Shown: one piece after another, positions 56,492 to 61,400 of the stretch
Position numbering within the stretch: position 1 is the first letter of the stretch
How the letters are laid out: each line of letters starts with the position of its first letter
IMG/VR virus record: IMGVR_UViG_3300043414_000472
Location: 1 to 61,400 of that record
DNA length: 61,400 nt
Source: a virus
Taxonomy: Duplodnaviria; Caudoviricetes
Reading direction: 5' to 3' (one strand)
Made by a program: the position numbers and the translations under genes
Notes under the pieces: generated by a model
What the model was told of the DNA's origin: nothing
Seen by the model: only the letters and a program-made list of their open reading frames with translations
The model's database searches: none

Positions 56492-57922
56492 ATGAAATCA
56501 AATATAATAGATCCAACATCGTTCCCTTCGGAGCATCCGTTAGCCGTTGCCATGCGTAACGTCAGTCGCCACTGGTTCCTTGCATACAGCAAGCTCATGT
56601 CAATGGAGTGGGAGTGGTCAACCGCTATCCCATACGGCGCGACTGATGGTCGCCGCCTGCTACTCAACAAGGCAGGCATTGACAAGCTATGTCGCAAGCC
56701 TAACGCATCAGGACTGATCTCGTTCCTGCTAGTACACGAGTCGCTTCATGCCTTGTTAGGTCACGGCTGGAGGCTAGCCAAGATGCCTGACCTGCATCGT
56801 GCCAACGTCGCCGCTGACTACGTCATCAATGCGATGATCAAGATGCGTAACACCGAACTCAAGAAGGAAGTCTTTCCGTTCATCGACGGAGTGCTACTCG
56901 ACGAAGCCTTGTCTGGCGACAAGTCTGTCGAGCAACTCTATCGTGAACTGAGCAAACCAAAAGAAGAACAACCAAAACCACAACCACAACAAGACAATGA
57001 ACCTGAACAAGACACGGATGAAACTAATGAAGGACAAGACAAGTCTGATACCGAAGATGAAAGCGGAGACGACGATAGCAAGCAAGGTGATGGCGAGTGT
57101 GATGCCGACGGAGGAGAGGACGATGTCAGCCTCGGGCAAAGCAAAGGCAGGCAAGGCAAAGAACTACAAGGGTCTGAAGAGGTAGACGATGACGACCTCT
57201 TCGACTTCGTAGGTACTGGCTCGCCAGATAACCTTGAGCCTGAAGCCGAAGAAGGTGAGACACAAGCCGAAGCAATCGACAAGATTGAGGAGGACAATGA
57301 TCGTATCCTAATAGCTGACGAGATTGATAGGAGACAGCAAGCCGACAACGGCACGACAGGTCAGCGCATTGGCAGTCAGCGTAGCTATGGCTCGACGTTA
57401 GGGTGGCCTGACCTGCTACGTCAGTGGCTCACGAGCAAGTCACGTTGCGGATGGGACGCGCCATTCAACGCGCCAATCTATTCCACAACAGGAGTTGTCG
57501 GTGCAGGCAGACGCAACAAGAAGGCTGGCGAGATTGTGCTGGTACTAGATACGTCAGGCTCAATCGGTCAGCGTACCTACGACCGCTTCCTGCAAGAAGC
57601 ACAAGCCGTGCTCGACGAACTCAAGCCTGAGCGTTTGCACCTGTTGTCTGTGTCCCATGTCGTAGCTGACGTTGTCACTCTACAAGAGGGCGATGCTGTG
57701 CCGAACAAGCTGAAGGGCGGAGGCGGTACTGCATTCAAGCCAGCATTCGATTGGGTCAGGGATAACGTGGACGACATGGACGTGATGGTCTACCTCACTG
57801 ACGGATGGTCATGCGATCTGCAAACGCTACCGCAAGTGGAGTTCCCCCTGCTTTGGCTCACGACACAACGTGCTGTCGCTGACTTTAAAGTGGGCGAGGC
57901 TCTTGCTATCACCGAACTATAA
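56492..57922 (+). CDS. DUF2201-type metallopeptidase + acidic linker + VWA domain
   Basis: ATDG, HESLH, N.AADY.IN; MIDAS DTSGS, GGGT.F.P, YLTDG. Confidence 0.88.
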   Translation: MKSNIIDPTSFPSEHPLAVAMRNVSRHWFLAYSKLMSMEWEWSTAIPYGATDGRRLLLNKAGIDKLCRKPNASGLISFLLVHESLHALLGHGWRLAKMPDLHRANVAADYVINAMIKMRNTELKKEVFPFIDGVLLDEALSGDKSVEQLYRELSKPKEEQPKPQPQQDNEPEQDTDETNEGQDKSDTEDESGDDDSKQGDGECDADGGEDDVSLGQSKGRQGKELQGSEEVDDDDLFDFVGTGSPDNLEPEAEEGETQAEAIDKIEEDNDRILIADEIDRRQQADNGTTGQRIGSQRSYGSTLGWPDLLRQWLTSKSRCGWDAPFNAPIYSTTGVVGAGRRNKKAGEIVLVLDTSGSIGQRTYDRFLQEAQAVLDELKPERLHLLSVSHVVADVVTLQEGDAVPNKLKGGGGTAFKPAFDWVRDNVDDMDVMVYLTDGWSCDLQTLPQVEFPLLWLTTQRAVADFKVGEALAITEL

Positions 57923-57950
57923 CAAATAGAAACTAAACAAATATAATACT

Positions 57951-58616
57951 ATGAGCACACTTAATCGTAACTTTGTTGACAAGTATAAAGTCAATAGCAG
58001 AAAGCAGATAGAGGATGACATGATGCAGTGGCAGACCGACATCCTGAACGGAGACGATAGTGCCGTACGCCTTACTGACTTATCGCTCCTCACGTATAAG
58101 CCATCAGGTAAAGTACGGGCTGGTCAGTCAGATTCATTCGTTGTAAAAGTACAAGGGTATCAGATTGTAGCCATCGAGCGCAGTAGTACTAGGCTGGTAT
58201 CCGCTTACTCCCCGTTAGCTAAGCGCATGATAGGTGCCTACGATTACATTCAATCGTATGCTTCGGCAAAGATACCCTTCCGCTACGGTCTGACCAGCGT
58301 TGCCATAAAAGAGATTGGACTCGATCCAATCGACGACGACACGACTAAGCGACTCATGCTTGCAGGTAATGTAACGTGTTATGGTTTCGTTAATCTATGT
58401 ATCGAGAAAAGAGGTAGTGCTAATGCAAATAACTACACTAGATGGATATGCAATGATAGGAAGATCGAAGATCCATTGCTTGCTATGGTAGGGCTAATCA
58501 ACTCGATGCCAATGGAAGAACGTAAAAGAATACTAGACGTATACGATAGCTACGGAACTATCGACACGCTAGTGGGTGACGCACTTAATCACCTTGACAA
58601 ATTCCGTACCCTATAA
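57951..58616 (+). CDS. Hypothetical protein
   Basis: 221-aa ORF with A-rich leader. Confidence 0.65.
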   Translation: MSTLNRNFVDKYKVNSRKQIEDDMMQWQTDILNGDDSAVRLTDLSLLTYKPSGKVRAGQSDSFVVKVQGYQIVAIERSSTRLVSAYSPLAKRMIGAYDYIQSYASAKIPFRYGLTSVAIKEIGLDPIDDDTTKRLMLAGNVTCYGFVNLCIEKRGSANANNYTRWICNDRKIEDPLLAMVGLINSMPMEERKRILDVYDSYGTIDTLVGDALNHLDKFRTL

Positions 58617-58637
58617 CTAACTCAACAACCACACACT

Positions 58638-58928
58638 ATGAATACTATGAATACTAAAAATACTCAGTTCGATGCAGGACACACCATCGTCAATATGTAC
58701 GCCGAGAATACCAAGCACGGCTTAACTTGCACCGCTTACATCAATGGCTTATCCGTCAAGTCGCCCTCACTCAAGCTCGCTCGCATCGTCCGTGTCTTTA
58801 TCGACACCGTGATTGCCGCTTGCGATTTCCCTGAGGACGCATACTCCGACAGCCACATCGAACGCTTGAGCGGTGAGCTTGAGGTGTACATTGACGGAGC
58901 GCACAAGCTCCATGACATTAACAACTAA
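58638..58928 (+). CDS. Hypothetical protein
   Basis: ORF with AC-rich leader. Confidence 0.6.
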   Translation: MNTMNTKNTQFDAGHTIVNMYAENTKHGLTCTAYINGLSVKSPSLKLARIVRVFIDTVIAACDFPEDAYSDSHIERLSGELEVYIDGAHKLHDINN

Positions 58929-58941
58929 TAGATATAAGACA

Positions 58942-59166
58942 ATGAAGATAACGAAAGCACATAGAGATAACTGTCAGATCCATACGATACCTGCATCCGA
59001 TTCAGGTACCAAGCATACCATATCCTTAACCTGTAAGTGCAAGCCACACGTTGAACTATGTAACAAGACTCTTATGGCCCATCACAACATGATCGGTAGT
59101 GGGCCTAATGACTGGTTGATCGAGGTTAAGAACTTCGCAGTGTTTACATTGAAGGAAGCACAATGA
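58942..59166 (+). CDS. Small His/Cys metal-binding protein (H..P...H....C.C.P...HH)
   Basis: Motif in translation. Confidence 0.55.
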   Translation: MKITKAHRDNCQIHTIPASDSGTKHTISLTCKCKPHVELCNKTLMAHHNMIGSGPNDWLIEVKNFAVFTLKEAQ

Positions 59167-59360
59167 CTACACATAAGAAACTAGATAGGCTTATGTCTAA
59201 TCCGTCAGTCACACAACCTAAGTCAGTGCATCAGAAGTTTGCAGAGAAGAGTCAGATGCTACGCTGGTTCCATGAACGTAGCATGAAAGAACTCAAGGCA
59301 ATGCGTAAGGGCTATGAGCTTATGCTTGCACATCAAACAAGAACAGGAGGTACGTTATGA
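59163..59360 (+). CDS. Hypothetical protein
   Basis: ATGA overlap. Confidence 0.5.
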   Translation: MTTHKKLDRLMSNPSVTQPKSVHQKFAEKSQMLRWFHERSMKELKAMRKGYELMLAHQTRTGGTL

Positions 59361-59464
59361 TGACTATCGTATCCTTCCTGTTCTTGTTTATGATTGGGCC
59401 TTTGCCTGTACTTATGGTTCTATGGCAACTGCTTCAGGACTCTATTCGTCGTAGGCATCATTGA
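59357..59464 (+). CDS. Small membrane protein, 35 aa
   Basis: MMTIVSFLFLFMIGPLPVLMVLWQLL...; overlaps the end of the convergent giant gene. Confidence 0.4.
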   Translation: MMTIVSFLFLFMIGPLPVLMVLWQLLQDSIRRRHH

Positions 59465-61400
59465 CATAATTGATAGCTCCCTTGCGGTTGACTGATCGGT
59501 TAATGCTTTGGAGCTTCTGCATTGGGTCTTGCTCCTTCGCTTGTTCAGCATTGAAGTAAGTCTTTTGATTCCACTTATCGTTCGGTCTCCATGCGATCCT
59601 GTATCCTTGGTAGGCCGAACCGATAGTGTCGTCGCTGAACTTGTACATCTTAGCGGACGAGTAGACAGAGGATTCAGGTGAACCCATGGATACCATCGAG
59701 TGCATGAAGCGATTCAATCTACGTTGAGTTTCGTTAAGTGCATCCTGATGCCTGTCTACTACATCGTCGATCTCGCTATCTGATTTGAACCTGCCGCTTG
59801 TAAGGTCTCCAATAACTGAAACAGAGTTGTCGAGTAATCCTTTAAGGTTACGGAATCCTCTGCGCTCTACGTCACCAAAGGTAACGGTCTTCGGACGGGA
59901 ACCTAGAAGTTCACCGAACAGAATCTCTTCCCTATTCGTTTGACCTTCACGCCCGAACTCAATCGTCTTCGTAGCTAAGGATGGGATGAGAGCACCCTTT
60001 GCGTAGTGACTGAACATCCGTTGCATTTTGAGTGCAGCGTTGTCTGTCTCAAGGTAGATCGGTTGACCTCTATCGTCAGCATTATTCAAGATCTCATCCA
60101 CTGCAGTAGCTGCAATCTGCGTGCCGATCAAGTCTCCTGTAACGTAGGACGCGAGTCGTGATGCACTGATACCTTCGCCTGTCTTGATGCCATCTGTAAT
60201 GATGGCAACCATATCGGTTAGCTGACTATGCGGTAGGATGTAGCTCATGTCGATGAACTGAATCTTGCCGCCTTTAAGGATCTGCGCTTTGATCTGATGA
60301 CCTCTTTGCCATTGCGGCAGAGACTCACGGAGAGCAGCGAGTTCGACGGCAGTCAACTCACGCTCTTCGTCTTCATCGTCACCTGTCAGTGCGCGGAACA
60401 CTGCAGTCGAAGCGGCACCGATTACAGCAGGAGCAACAGACAACGTGCCAATGAATCCAGCAAGGCGTTGCACACCTCTTCGTGCCATCACACCACCTTG
60501 ACCAATCTCTTCCATTGCTAATGGGATAGTGTTCAGCATAGTACGGAACACCTCAGACTTCCATCGAGCGAAAGGCAGGAAGAGAGCAGCCATCGGAGTC
60601 TTATTGAAAGACTTAACTAAGTCAATCACTTGCGAGTTACCTGCAAAGGTCAGCTTGACTTTACGAGCGGCAGCTTCTTCTTGTTGCTCCACTGTCATTG
60701 AAGTACCGAAGTGTTTCTTGATAACATCAAGATCATGGTAGTAAGCGTTGGCTTTGAACATACCATCAACGGCACCGTCAAGTGCAGCAAGTTTATCGGT
60801 AACAGTTGAGTAGCTTGCTAGTGCTTTATCAAGACCGCCTTTCAAGTATCCGTTCTGTTGGATTCTTGCAAAGACACCGCCTGCATCTTTTGTGGCGCGA
60901 GCTTCGTCGAGAGAAGCCATCAACTCTTGCAACTCTTGTTGAGGTGAAGCGATCAATCCCCTTAGTAGGTCTTGTGCTACGCGCCCTTGTGACTGGTCGT
61001 TGAGTACGTTGAGTTTCACCAAACGAAGAATCGCTTCACGCTCCGCTTGCTCAGTAGGGAGCGAAGAGAATGCAGCTTTCCATGACTGGTTCATTGATTG
61101 CCGTCCTTTAGCAGAAAGCGGATTCATAAAGATCCCTTGTGCTGAACTTAGTACGAAACCACCGATAGCATTACGCGTCCAGTAACCAATACCGAACTGA
61201 GTCTTCATCTGAATTGCGGTACCACTAACACCCATTACAACCCTACCCAACTTATTCATTACGTTAGTTGAGTTAGAGTTTAATCCATTCATGTTGACAC
61301 CGAAGACTTCATTCAGTACACCTGCTACCTTTGGATCAAAGTATAGACCAGCTAGATCACCTGTCCTCGGAGCAGAGCTTGCCGCATATGGCGTGACCCA
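59442..61400 (-). CDS. C-terminal part of the giant polyvalent virion protein (joins 1-9967)
   Basis: ATG 61292 corresponds to position 19, in frame with 9967; LPFARW..EV.R motif typical of C-termini of large internal virion proteins. Confidence 0.85.
   Translation of the reverse strand, partial: WVTPYAASSAPRTGDLAGLYFDPKVAGVLNEVFGVNMNGLNSNSTNVMNKLGRVVMGVSGTAIQMKTQFGIGYWTRNAIGGFVLSSAQGIFMNPLSAKGRQSMNQSWKAAFSSLPTEQAEREAILRLVKLNVLNDQSQGRVAQDLLRGLIASPQQELQELMASLDEARATKDAGGVFARIQQNGYLKGGLDKALASYSTVTDKLAALDGAVDGMFKANAYYHDLDVIKKHFGTSMTVEQQEEAAARKVKLTFAGNSQVIDLVKSFNKTPMAALFLPFARWKSEVFRTMLNTIPLAMEEIGQGGVMARRGVQRLAGFIGTLSVAPAVIGAASTAVFRALTGDDEDEERELTAVELAALRESLPQWQRGHQIKAQILKGGKIQFIDMSYILPHSQLTDMVAIITDGIKTGEGISASRLASYVTGDLIGTQIAATAVDEILNNADDRGQPIYLETDNAALKMQRMFSHYAKGALIPSLATKTIEFGREGQTNREEILFGELLGSRPKTVTFGDVERRGFRNLKGLLDNSVSVIGDLTSGRFKSDSEIDDVVDRHQDALNETQRRLNRFMHSMVSMGSPESSVYSSAKMYKFSDDTIGSAYQGYRIAWRPNDKWNQKTYFNAEQAKEQDPMQKLQSINRSVNRKGAINYVNDAYDE
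61274..61400. repeat. Terminal direct repeat (assembly overlap), copy 2
   Basis: Identical to 1-127. Confidence 0.95.

Noticed and set aside
61274-61400. 127-bp terminal repeat as a biological DTR
   Set aside because: Length equals a common assembler k-mer and it falls mid-ORF; treated as circular overlap

Overview
This is an apparently complete, circularly assembled dsDNA tailed-phage genome of 61,273 bp; bases 1-127 repeat at 61274-61400, most likely a k=127 assembler overlap. The gene set is podovirus-like, in four transcription blocks. (1) Minus strand, 16.1 kb back through the junction to 59.4 kb: large terminase, several probable internal-virion/ejection proteins and a ~3,932-aa polyvalent protein that the ORF track misses because it crosses the contig end. 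(2) Plus strand, 16.2-30.7 kb: TerS-like HTH, RuvC-like resolvase, many small paralogous ORFs, DUF5664 pyrophosphohydrolase, SF2 helicase, DUF2800 nuclease, SSB-like protein, family-A DNA polymerase, primase-helicase. (3) Minus strand, 49.7-30.7 kb: portal, scaffold, major capsid, HNH, holins, amidase endolysin, tail and fibre genes. (4) Plus strand, 50.0-59.5 kb, probably early: amidoligase, GATase-II/GGCT fusion, MoxR-like AAA, DUF3150-like and DUF2201-VWA genes. I recognised no integrase, repressor, RNA polymerase, tRNA or CRISPR array. Sigma70-type leaderless promoters and the lack of Shine-Dalgarno sites hint at a PVC-type (e.g. Verrucomicrobiota) host, which is inference only. The most striking unexplained signals are non-coding: eight copies of a 17-bp palindrome GTCAAGA-NNN-TCTTGAC confined to the first 4.4 kb of the putative early region and kept inside ORFs in different frames, a 26-bp intercistronic hairpin repeated three times, and a ~140-bp iteron/hairpin element duplicated 35 kb apart. 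All family assignments come from motif recognition by eye, not database searches.
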